This document shows, one piece after another, positions 11,826-23,255 of a DNA stretch of 64,000 nt. A program made the translations under genes and the position numbers. Source of the DNA: Octopus sinensis (Eukaryota). The notes under the pieces are model-generated. The model saw only the letters and a list, made by a program, of their open reading frames with translations. It was not told the DNA's origin and ran no database searches. The first letter of the stretch is position 1; each line of letters starts with the position of its first letter. The stretch covers positions 54,250,001 through 54,314,000 of the forward strand of contig NC_043007.1 of assembly GCF_006345805.1 (NCBI RefSeq). The letters are read 5' to 3'.

Positions 11826-11865
11826 CTAGCACTATGACCCGGCAACGGCGGGTCTTTAATGCTAG
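11826..11865 (+). mobile_element. Helitron-type 3' terminus
   Basis: Hairpin GACCCG(11836-41)-gcaacgg-CGGGTC(11849-54), then CTAG (11862-65) followed by T. Confidence 0.6.
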
Positions 11866-12053
11866 TATACATATATATATATATATACATACATACATAT
11901 ATATATACATATATATATATACATATATATATATATACATATACATATATATATATATGTATATACATATTTATACACATATACAATATATATATATATA
12001 CATATATATATATACATATTTATACACATATACATATAATATATATAAAAATA

Positions 12054-12090
<37 letters not shown>

Positions 12091-12984
12091 TATATATACA
12101 CATATATATATACACATATATATATACACATATATACATATATATATACACACATATATATATATATATACGTATATATATACACACATATATATATATA
12201 TATATACGTATATATATACACACATATATATATATACATATATATATATACACACACATATATATATATATACATATATATATACACACATATATATATA
12301 TACATATATATATACACACATATATATATATACACATATATATATACACATATATATATATATACATATATATATATACACACACACATATATATATATA
12401 CATATATATATACACACATATACATATATATATACACACATATATATATATATATATACATATATATACACATATATATATATATATATACATATATATA
12501 TACACACACATATATATATATATACATATATATATACACACATATATATATACATATATATATATACACACACATATATATATATACATATATATATATA
12601 CACACACATATATATATATATACATATATATATACACACATATACATATAATAACACACATATATATATATATATACATATATATATACACATATATATA
12701 TATATATACATATATATATACACACACATATATATATATATACATATATATATACACACATATATATATATACATATATATATACACACACATATATATA
12801 TATACATATATATATACACACACATATATATATATATACATATATATATACACACATATATATATATATACATATATATATACACACATATATATATATA
12901 CACATATATATATACATATATATATACATATATATATATACATATATATATACATATATATATATAATACATATATATATATAC

Positions 12985-13017
<33 letters not shown>

Positions 13018-13300
13018 CATATATACATATATATATACACATATATAATATACATATATATATATATATACACATATATATATAATACACACATATATAT
13101 ATATACACACATATATATATATACATATATATATATACACACACATATACACATATATATACATATATACACACACACATATATATACACATATATATAT
13201 ACACACATATATATATATATATACACATATATATACATATATACATATATATATACACATATATATATATATATATACATATATATATACACATATATAC
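11866..13300. repeat. 1.4-kb compound (TA)n/(CA)n array with ~30-bp higher-order unit
   Basis: Directly visible; source of the spurious YI/HI ORFs. Confidence 0.95.
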
Positions 13301-15964
13301 CACTATATACCAGACCACCACAGCAAACAGACACAGGATGGATACCGCCGGCAACAACGTACACCTCACCTCGATGCTCCTACTGAACATCAGAGGACTG
13401 CAAACACTCAGTAACAGGACAAAGATCCCTTTCCTGAGAGACTCTGTTGCATGCAATCAAGCCTTATGCATAGCACTTACGGAAACGCACCTGAAACCGG
13501 ACATAGCAGATGCGGAGTTACACATACCACAGTATGCTGTACTACGGACCGACAGGAAAGAAAGGAGTCATGGAGGTGTTGCTATGTACATCCGTGAGGA
13601 CCTCACACCCCAGGTCCTCTTGTCATACTCAAACTCGGTGTGTGACACACTAATTGTACATATTAGGCAACTTGATGTAGTTGTGTGTGCTACATATCGC
13701 CCCCCAGATGCCCCAAGCCATGTGGGGAAGTTTGAAGACTGCCTTTTAAAAATAGAAGAAGTTCTAACCACATTAGAACAACACATAGGTGTGCTTCTTA
13801 TGGGAGACTTCAATCTGCCCAATGTCAGATGGCCCGAGGGCCTTTCTCTCCCAGGAATGACAAGATGTGAACGAGGACAGGCGAGGTCCCTCCTGAACCT
13901 CATCAACACCCTGTACATGGAGCAGGTAATACTCCAACCAACCAGGGCAGGTAACACACTGGATCTCTGCTTCACAAATGACATGGATCTCATCCATAAT
14001 GTGAAAGTGACACCGACACTACTCTCGGATCACAACATGATAGAGCTGACCATGTACGGGCCAAAAGAGAGCATGGACATGCAGCCTACAAGAAACCCTC
14101 AAAATCTTTCCAGCTTGAACTACCATAAGGCAAACTGGAAACAAATTGAGAAAGAGATCCTCAAACAAAACTGGCCTAAATGTCTCTCCTCGCCAGACAT
14201 CGACGTGAAACTTCAACAATTCATGTCTGTAATGCAAGCCATATGCTACAAATGTGTCCCAGAGAGAAAGGCCACTGTACACAAGAACAAAATCCCCAGA
14301 GAGAGGAAAATTTTAATGAGACGGCGTACGAAATTTTCAAATCGCCTAAACAAACAGATTGAAAGCAGTGAAAAGTCCCGCCTAAAAATAAAACTGTTGG
14401 AAATCGAAAAATGTCTGCAACTCTCCCATGAAAAAGAAAGAGCAGACAAAGAAGCCTGGGCTATAGAAAACATAAAATCTAACCCCAGAGCTTTCTACAG
14501 GTATGCCAAAGAAACAGCTACAGTGCACTGTAGAATAGGGCCACTCCTCGAAAAGGATGGCACACTTACAGGAAAACCAATGAGGGTAAGTGAAATACTG
14601 AATGAGCAATCAAGAGTGTTTTCACTCCACCCCTTGGGCATCTCCAAATCACCAATCCAACTGACTTTTTTACCACTGCAGATATAAAATCAGAGGCGGC
14701 GACGATAGATTACATCGATATAAAGGAAGACGATGTAACCAAGGCTATAGATGAAATGAAAACAGACTCAGCTACTGGCCCCGATGGATTCCCGGCAATC
14801 CTCCTAAAAGCATGTAAGAGAGTCCTAGCAAGACCACTGCAGTTCCTCTTTCAGAGCTTCCTTGCAGCTGGCAAACTTCCAGGAAAACTGAAGGAAGGTA
14901 AAATATGCCCCATTCATAAAGGAGGTAGCAGAGCGTAAGCCAAGAACTATAGACCTATCTCACTGACCTCACACATCAGCAAGGTCATGGAACGAATAGT
15001 CAGAAGGAAGCTGATCACCTTCCTTGAATGGTTTCCGATCAGGGAGAAGCTGTTTAACTCAGCTCCTACAACACTATGACTGGGTGCTGAAACGGCTGCT
15101 CAACCACTCAAATGTGGAAGTGATATATCTCGACTTTGCAAAGGCCTTTGATAAAGTCGATCATGGAATGATATGTCACAAACTGCGTGATCTCAACATA
15201 GTTGGAAAACTGGGAGAATGGCTTCATGACTTTCTGAAGGATAGAAGTCAGGTGGTAGTAGCCACAAATAGTGAGCGGTGTTCCGCAGGGCACTGTTCTG
15301 GGACCACTACTGTTCATAATGGCCCTCTCAGACATGCCCTCAGCACGCAGACAGCCACGATCACAAGTTATGCAGATGATACAAAAGTTTCACAGGCAAT
15401 ACAGAACCCTGAGGACACTAAACACCTGCAATGTGAGCTGGACGAAAGATACAAGTGGGCTGAAAAGAATAGCCTGCAGTTCAATGCTGGAAAGTTTCAA
15501 GCTTTATACTATCAGCATGCAAAACTGAATGCAATACCCAATGAATACACTGGACCCGGAGGGATTGCAATCCCAGAGGCACAATCAGTGCGTGACCTGG
15601 GTATTCACATGAGTGAATACCCAAACCTGCCATCAAGATGTAGGACCAGATTCTGTGATAGCCTGGGCTTCCGAGGCCCACAGCTCTTCAATATCCTCCC
15701 GAAGAACCTGAGAGACCTGCATGGGGTGGATACAGATGTCTTTAAAATGAAGCTGGATCTCTTCCTGTCAGGTGTCCCAGATGAACCAACTTCACGGCAG
15801 GAGGGGCAGATGAGGGCAGCTGCATCGAACTCTCTCATGCACCAAATAGCAGTTGCTAGAAAGCCTCCATGAAGTGAAACCAAGTAGCAACACCAAATGG
15901 CGGTGCCCCAGCATGGCCACAGCTCATAAGCTGAAACTAGAATCAATCAATCAATCAATCAATC

Positions 15965-15965
<1 letters not shown>
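13300..15965 (+). mobile_element. CR1-clade LINE, ORF2 (APE + RT) with internal deletions and (ATCA)n tail
   Basis: ORF 13338-14687: [30 protein letters not shown]; RT YLDFAKAFDKVDH and YADDTK in 15024-15872; deletions relative to the 45-46 kb copy. Confidence 0.92.
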
Positions 15966-16019
<54 letters not shown>

Positions 16020-16020
16020 C

Positions 16021-16155
16021 ATGAGGGCAGCTGCATCGAACTCTCTCATGCATCAGATGGCGTTTGCTAAAAAGCATCCGTGAGGTAAAATCGTGTAGCA
16101 AACCAAATGGCGGTGCCCCAGCATAGCCACAGCTCATTAGCTGAAACTGGAAAAA
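16021..16155 (+). mobile_element. CR1 3' stub with (AAATC)n-like tail
   Basis: Repeats 15810-15940 (atgagggcagctgcatcgaactc...ggtgccccagcat). Confidence 0.85.
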
Positions 16156-16285
16156 TCAAATCAAAATCAAAATCATATATATATATATACACATATATAT
16201 ATATATATATATACACATATATATATATATACATATATATATATACATATATATACATACATATATACATATATATATATACATA

Positions 16286-16843
16286 CCTCGAAGCAATTCA
16301 GAGAAGCTACACAAAGAAAATCGTCTCAATGCAAAATATCAGCTACTGGGAAAGACTGAAGGTATTAAACCTCTTCTCCCTAGAGCGGAGGCGGGAGAGA
16401 TATGCGGTGATATACATCTGGAAAATCCTGGAGGGTCTTGTCCCAAACTTTGGCATTCAAAGTTACCCCAACCGCAGAACGGGGCGCCACTGCATGGTGC
16501 CAAGGATTCCAACATCACCATCAAAACACAGGTCCAGATACTGCAACAGCTTGTGTTTCAGAGGACCACAGCTCTTTAACATCCTCCCTAAATGCCTGAG
16601 AGACTTACACGGTGTGGATGTGGGTTTCTTTAAAACTAAACTGGATCTCTTCTTGTTGGGAGTCCCAGATGAACCTACTTCACAACAGGAGACGCGGATG
16701 CGGGCAGCAGCATCGAACTCCCTTGTTGATCAAGTGCCACGTATCAGAGGTGGATTCACAAATTAGTGTAGCTCATTCAGTGGTGGTGCCCCAGCATGGC
16801 CGCGGCCTTCAGGCTAAAACATTTTAAAGGATTTTAAGGATTT
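16286..16843 (+). mobile_element. CR1 3' fragment of a diverged subfamily, (TTTAAGGA) tail
   Basis: [40 protein letters not shown]; same terminal motif. Confidence 0.88.
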
Positions 16844-16868
16844 ATACCTATATACATATATATACATA

Positions 16869-19050
16869 CATCATCATCATCATCATCGTCGTTTAACGTC
16901 CGTTCTCCATGCTAGCATGGGTTGGACGGTTCGACCGGGGTTCTGGGAAGCCAGAAGGCTGCACCAGGCTCCAGTCTAATCTGGCAATGTTTCTACAGCT
17001 GGATGCCCTTCCTAACGCCAACCACTCCGTGAGTGTAGTGGGTGCTTTTTACGTGCCACCTGCACAGGTGCCAGGCGGGGCTGGCAACGGCCACGGTCAG
17101 ATTGGTGTATTTTATGTGCCACCGGCACGGAAGCCAGTCGAGGCGGTGCTGGCATCGGCCACGGGTCGGATAGTGATTTTTACGTACCACCAGACCAGGG
17201 ATCCTGGCTGGTTCAATTCGATTTCGATTTCGCTTGCCCCAACATGTCTTCACAAGCAAAGGGGGTTGGCATGGGTGCCTGTCACTTGTCCTGCCTGGTC
17301 TTCTCACGTACAGAATATTTCCAAAGGTCTCGGTCTCTGGTCATTTCCTCAGTGAGGCCTAAAGTTCGAAGGTCGTGCTTCACCACCTCGTCCCAGGTTT
17401 TCCTGGGTCTACCTCTTCCACGGGTTCCCTCAACTGCTAGGGATTGGCACTTTCTCACACACCTATCTTCATCCATTCTCGCCACATGACCATACCAGCG
17501 CAATCGTCTCTCTTGCACACCACAACTGATGCTTCTTAGGTACAACATTTCTCTCAAGGTGCTAACGCTCTGTCGAGTATGTACACTGACATTACACATC
17601 CATCGGAGCATACTGGCTTCATTCCTCACGAGCTTACGCATGTCCTCAGCAGTCACGGCCCATGTTTCGCTGCCATGTAGCATGGCTGTTCGTACACACG
17701 CATCATACAGTCTGCCTTTTACTCTGAGCGAGAGGCCTTTAGTCACCAGCAGAGGTAAGAGCTCCCTAAACTTTGCCCAGGCTATTCTTATTCTAGCAGT
17801 TACACTTTCAGCGCACCCACCCCCACTACTGACTTGGTCACCTAGATAACGGAAGCTATCAACTACTTCTAGTTTTTCCCCCTGGAAAGTGACGGAAGTT
17901 GTTTTCTGCAGATTTTCGGAGGTTAATGCTCCCGAGCATCTGCCACATACAAAAACTATCTTCCCACTTAGCCTACCTTTGACATTGCTGCACCTCTTAT
18001 GTGTCCATAGCTTACACTGGGTACATCTTATAGAGTTTCTACCTACACCTTTTCTACAGATCGAGCAGGGCCATCTTCCTGAAGATATTTGTGGATTGTC
18101 TACCTTTCTACTTATTAGTACTTTGGTTTTAGCTAGGTTGACTCTAAGGCCCCTTGATTCTAAACCCTCCTTCCACACCTGGAACTTCTCCTCCAGTTCT
18201 GATAGTGACTCAGCAATAAGAGCAGCCTGTCTTGAATTCCTCCGTAATTGCCTGGAGTACTATGATAAATAGGAGGGGGCTGAGTACTGAACCCTGGTGG
18301 ACCCCAACCTCTACTTTGAATTCTTCTGTGTACATGTTGCCAACCCTAACCTTACTTACGGCATCTCTGTACATGGCTTGCACAGTCCTCACCAGCCATT
18401 CATCTATCCCTAATTTCCTCATTGACCACCAGATAAGGGATCGGGGGACCCTATCAAAAGCTTTCTCCATGTCAACGAAAGCCAGGTACAGGGGCTTATC
18501 TTTGGCTAGGTATTTCTCCTGCAGCTGCCTTACCAGGAATATAGCATCAGTGGTACTTTTCCCTGGCACGAACCCAAACTGCATCTCATCTAAACTAACT
18601 CTCTCTCTAATTAGTTGGGCTATGACCCTCTCCGTAACCTTCATTACTTGATCCAACAGCTTGATACCTCTGTAATTATTTGTATCTAGGGCATCACCTT
18701 TACCTTTGTAGCAGTTGACTAGTATGCTGCTGCACCAGTCATTGGGTATGACTCCTTCGTGTATCACCTGGTTGACTATACGGGTGACTAGGTTATAGCC
18801 GACACTGCCAGATATTTTGAGCATCTCTGCAGTAATTCCTGATGGGCCTGGGGCTTTCCCTGTCTTCATGCTTCTAATTGCCTTAGCTACCACGGAACTA
18901 TCGACTCGGATAGCTGGTCCCTCTGTAGGGTCAACATTCGGCAGACTCTCTTTATCCCATTCATTTTCCTCATTCAGCAACCTTTCATAGTGGCGTCTCC
19001 AAGCTTCTCTCTTTGCATCCTCATTTAGCGCAAGTGAACCATCCTCCATG
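16869..19050 (-). mobile_element. RTE LINE, 5'-truncated, RT + PHD-type finger + 3' UTR
   Basis: ORFs 18210-19280 and 17282-18178: [46 protein letters not shown]; (CAT)n tail at 16869. Confidence 0.93.
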
Positions 19051-19052
19051 CG

Positions 19053-19149
19053 ATACATATATATACATACATATATGTATATACATATATATACATACAT
19101 ATATATATATACATACATACATATATATACATACATATACATACATATA

Positions 19150-19183
<34 letters not shown>

Positions 19184-19282
19184 CATACATACATATACAT
19201 ACATACATATACATACATACACATACATACATATACATATAGATACATATATATACATATATATATTCATATATATACATTC

Positions 19283-19317
<35 letters not shown>

Positions 19318-19425
19318 CATACATATATATATATATATACATACATATATATACATATAAATACATACATATATATACATACTTATATATTCATACATAT
19401 ATATACATACATATATATTCATACA

Positions 19426-19466
<41 letters not shown>

Positions 19467-19468
19467 AT
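19053..19468. repeat. (TA)n/(CATA)n array
   Basis: Directly visible. Confidence 0.95.
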
Positions 19469-20642
19469 TGTTGCGGAGGTCAAAAAGATGAGAAAGTGCT
19501 ATGACCCAATTTCGCCGGTTGGAACCGGACAGACTGGAGAAAGAAGTAATGGGTCTTTGTCCTGTCACCGGTAAGGGAAAATTAATGAGTTGGGAAGTGG
19601 CATTTTGATCCCTACTGTGTGTGTTATGGTTGCTGTTGATGTGCCGTGTCTGAATTCTTTGGCGTCTGGACCCGTCTCTCGGGGCTCAGAATGTCTGTGT
19701 GGTGCCCACTGTGGAGAGGCCACAGGCGTGGTTGGACTGTCGGCTGAATGTGCGTTCTGAGAAGCCTTCGGTGCAGAAGGTGGTAAGGAAGAGGACCAAG
19801 CCTGGTGACGAGGCGTGACAGCTGCGAATGGTGGTAGGACTACCAAGACCAGGAAGACTGCTCCAGTGTTGGGTAAGCTTTGTGGTTGATGGCTGCTTGG
19901 GGCTGGTGGAGCCGGACAGACTGGAGAAAGAAGTAATGGGTCTTTGTCCTGTCACCGGTAAGGGAAAATTAATGAGTTGGGAAGTGGCATTTTGATCCCT
20001 ACTGTGTGTGTTATGGTTGCTGTTGATGTGCCGTGTCTGAATTCTTTGGCGTCTGGACCCCTGTCTCTCGGGGCTCAGAATGTCTGTGTGGTGCCCACTG
20101 TGGAGAGGCCACAGGCGTGGTTGGACTGTCGGCTGAACGTGCGTTCTGAGAAGCCTTCGGTGCAGAAGGTGGTAAGGAAGAGGACCAAGCCTGGTGACGA
20201 GGCATGACAGCTGCGAATGGTGGTAGGACTACCAAGACCAGGAAGACTGCTCCAGTGTTGGGTAAGCTTTGTGGTTGATGGCTGCTTGGGGCTGGTGGAG
20301 CCCGACAGGCAGTGCATAGTGAAAGCTCGAGTGAGGGTCGGGTGGACCCTGGTAGAGGCAGAAGCTGATAGAGAGCTGATTGGGTCAGCCGATTTCTTGG
20401 AAGCGGCGCAAGCAATTTGTAGAGGGCAAATCGGGTAACTGCGCCAGACGGTGAACCAGCGGCAGGGTCAGTTGTGCCAATACAGTAGCGCAGTCGAAGA
20501 TGGTGGTCTACCTGCACAGTTGCAGAAGCAGTTCGCAGGGAGTCGCCAGTGCTTGGTTGGGACTCGGGTGTTGCGAAAGAAGCAACCGTTGGTGAGAAGT
20601 GCAGGATGTTGGTCGCGAGGTATGCAGGATGTTGGTCGCACA
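19469..20642 (+). mobile_element. Solo LTR-like element with internal 387-bp tandem duplication
   Basis: Ends TGTTGCGG...GGTCGCACA; first ~150 bp homologous to the copies at 21235, 22282 and 26668; (TA)n flanks. Confidence 0.6.
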
Positions 20643-20670
20643 GACCTATATATAAATATATATACATATA

Positions 20671-20720
20671 TCCTTAAATCCTTAAAAATGTTGTAGCCCA
20701 AAGGCCGCAGCCATGCTGAG
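20671..20720 (-). mobile_element. CR1 extreme 3' stub
   Basis: Reverse complement of the 16790-16843 terminus and TTTAAGGA tail. Confidence 0.75.
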
Positions 20721-20864
20721 ACAATACATATAAATTAAATTAAAATTTGTACAGAGTTCGAAGAACAATCATTTGAATTTAAACATAATACAGAGTTCGA
20801 AAAACCAAATCAAATGCATTTAAACATGATTCAGAGTTCAAAAACACAAATCATTTAATGAAAT

Positions 20865-20947
20865 CTTGTGCTGATGAAAGGAATGTTGGAATAGGGATGT
20901 ATTTCTAGCATCTCTACATCTAACTAACCCAGAAACACGTTCACAAG
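20865..20947 (+). ncRNA. Degenerate type I hammerhead ribozyme motif in a Penelope-like repeat
   Basis: CTTGTG-CTGATGA...GAAA-CACG-TT-CACAAG; 6-bp stem I; near-palindromic stem III ACACGT; 10.1-11.1 pair not canonical. Confidence 0.55.
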
Positions 20948-21150
20948 TAATCAATCTTTCGAGTGAACTTTCATTATTTTTCCCTCTATACCTACCTGTA
21001 ATGTTTTTGAGTATACATTATCTGGGAGACTCTTCTTAAAGTAGAGGAAATAGCTAAATTCTTTGGCTGCTATTTCTAAAAGTTCGGTGTGTGGTAAGCA
21101 ATTCTTGCTGAACCCTGATTATATAAAATAATATATATACATACACACAC

Positions 21151-21195
<45 letters not shown>

Positions 21196-21234
21196 ATATA
21201 TATATAAATATATATACATATAATATATATACAT

Positions 21235-22232
21235 AGTTACAGAGGTGAATAAACGGGAAAACGCTATGCCCTAGTTCCGTTGGTTGGAGTCGAACCGGCA
21301 GGGAAAATAAATAATGGTTCTTTGTCTTGTCAACGGCAACAGTAAATAATGAGGTTAGGAAGTGGCATTTTGATCCCTACGCAGTCAGGGAAAGGTTACA
21401 AAAAAATTAAAATGCCACCCTTTAAAATGCGACGGACTGGTGCTAGAGGGACAGACAGCGAAGGGCCGGAGAAGGGTTCAGTTGGCAAGAAACAGACAGC
21501 GAAGGGCCGGAAAAGAGTTCGGTTGGCAAGAGACAGCAGTCGATACGGACGGTCAGCCAAGAAGGTGGTGATGGCGAGAAGCAACAGCGAGGCGAGGAAG
21601 ACAGGCAGAGAGTATTGGGAATTGGCGAGAGGTAGAGAAGAGAATGACAGCGAAGAAGCTGGACTACTATAGCGGGTTCAGAAACACTCGGTATTGTTAT
21701 TTATGTTTCAATTTGTGCTTGGACGTTACTGTTGAATTATGATGTTTGAAAAAGAGACTCTGTAAAAAGAATGTGTAATCTGTTTAAGAAGAAAAAGGAC
21801 TTGTAAATCTTTAAAGAAAATTGAGAACGAACTCTTTGTCTCTAAAAGAAGAGAGAGAAAAGAACATTAAGAAAAGAGAAAGACTTTGTTTGATTCTGTA
21901 TTGTGTTGCATGTCAACCAGTTGATTGTTTTGGAAAAGTCGATTTGTGTATTACATTTGATTGATTTTGTAAAGTTACGAATTGTTAAATGTCTGTTAAC
22001 CTTGTTTTTAAATGTATTTGAAATGTTTTAATTGATGTCGTAAAATTATATAAATTGATATTAAATGTAAGCAACTGCCTTCCGCTGTCTCTCTCCTCTG
22101 TTGTTGTTGTCTCCGGTTACTGGCTTGCGTTCGCTGCCCACCCCTGCTTTCTGTGGTGGATTTCCGTTTGATTGAGCGTAGACGTCATCGCCGACTTAGG
22201 GTCCCGAGTTGAGTTGAGTGACGGTCGTAACA
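21235..22232 (+). mobile_element. Solo LTR (Gypsy-like termini)
   Basis: (A)GTTAC...CGTAACA, ~1 kb, homologous to neighbouring copies, (TA)n flanks. Confidence 0.72.
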
Positions 22233-22281
22233 ATACATATATATATATATACATATAATATACGTACATATACATATATAT

Positions 22282-23243
22282 TGTTACGGAGGTAAATTAA
22301 CAGGAGAACATTATGCCATAGTTCCGTTGGTTGGAGTTGAACCAGCGCTCCAGTTCTTCAGGACGACGAAAAAATCTCCTTTGTCGTGTCAACGGCCACG
22401 GTAAGTAATGATTTTTTAGGAACTAATCTCTGATCCCAGCACGGTCAGGGAAAGTTACAAAAAAATAAAAATGCCACCCTTTATAAATGCAGCTGGCATT
22501 GGGGTTAGCATTCAGTTGGCAAGAGGCAGTAGTTGGGAGAGACGGTCAGTCGATGCGGACAGCCATCCAAGAGATGATGACGGTGAGACAGACAGTTGTA
22601 GTTGGAGATGACGGGGACAGAGACGACAATTGTAGTAGCTGCGAGGCTCAAAAAAAATGTTGCAGACTCGGAACATGCCGGTAATGTTTTTGATTGATTT
22701 GTATTTTTTTGAATTCCGACGTTTGAAAAAAAGACTCTGTGACATAATCTGTTGAAAAGAAAAACGAAAAGAACTTGTAAATGCAAAAAAAAAAAAAAAA
22801 GAAAGACTGATGAAAAGGAATGAAAAGGGATCTTTGAGAATGAACTCTTTGTGTTAGAAGAAGAAAGAGAGAAAGAGACTGTAAAAAAGAAGGATTAGAA
22901 AAGAGAAAGACTATTTGTTTTGATTGTTTTCCGAATTCTGTATTGTGTTGCATGTCAACTGATTATTGTCGGACATTGTATTTTGTTAAATGCCATTGAT
23001 TGTTTTTCTTTAAACTCTGTTAAATGTTTGTTAAACTTGTAGTTTAATGCCTTTATTATGAAGTGTTTTGATTGATTTTATGAAGTTTAAAAATTGTTAA
23101 ATTAAGCAACCTCCGGTCTCTCTCTCTTTTGTTGTTGTTGTGTCGGTTTCTGGTGTTCGTTTGCTTTTTCACCCGTTACTGTGGTGAACATCCGATTTGA
23201 CTGAGCGTCATCGTCATTGCAACTTGGGGCCCCCGCGGTGGAA
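22282..23243 (+). mobile_element. Solo LTR, 3' end clipped
   Basis: Starts TGTTACGG; colinear with 21235-22232; TATAAA near 22484. Confidence 0.72.
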
Positions 23244-23255
23244 TATATATACATA

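Noticed and set aside
11834-13456. Long stop-free ORFs of Y/I/H/T/M/C/V (also near 19.0-19.4, 38.2-38.8, 39.3-40.0 and 44.0-45.5 kb)
   Set aside because: Translations of (TA)n/(CA)n arrays, which lack stop codons; no coding complexity
20011-20667. 218-aa minus-strand ORF in the LTR-like element
   Set aside because: Starts in microsatellite, P/S/T-rich, no gag or env motif recognised
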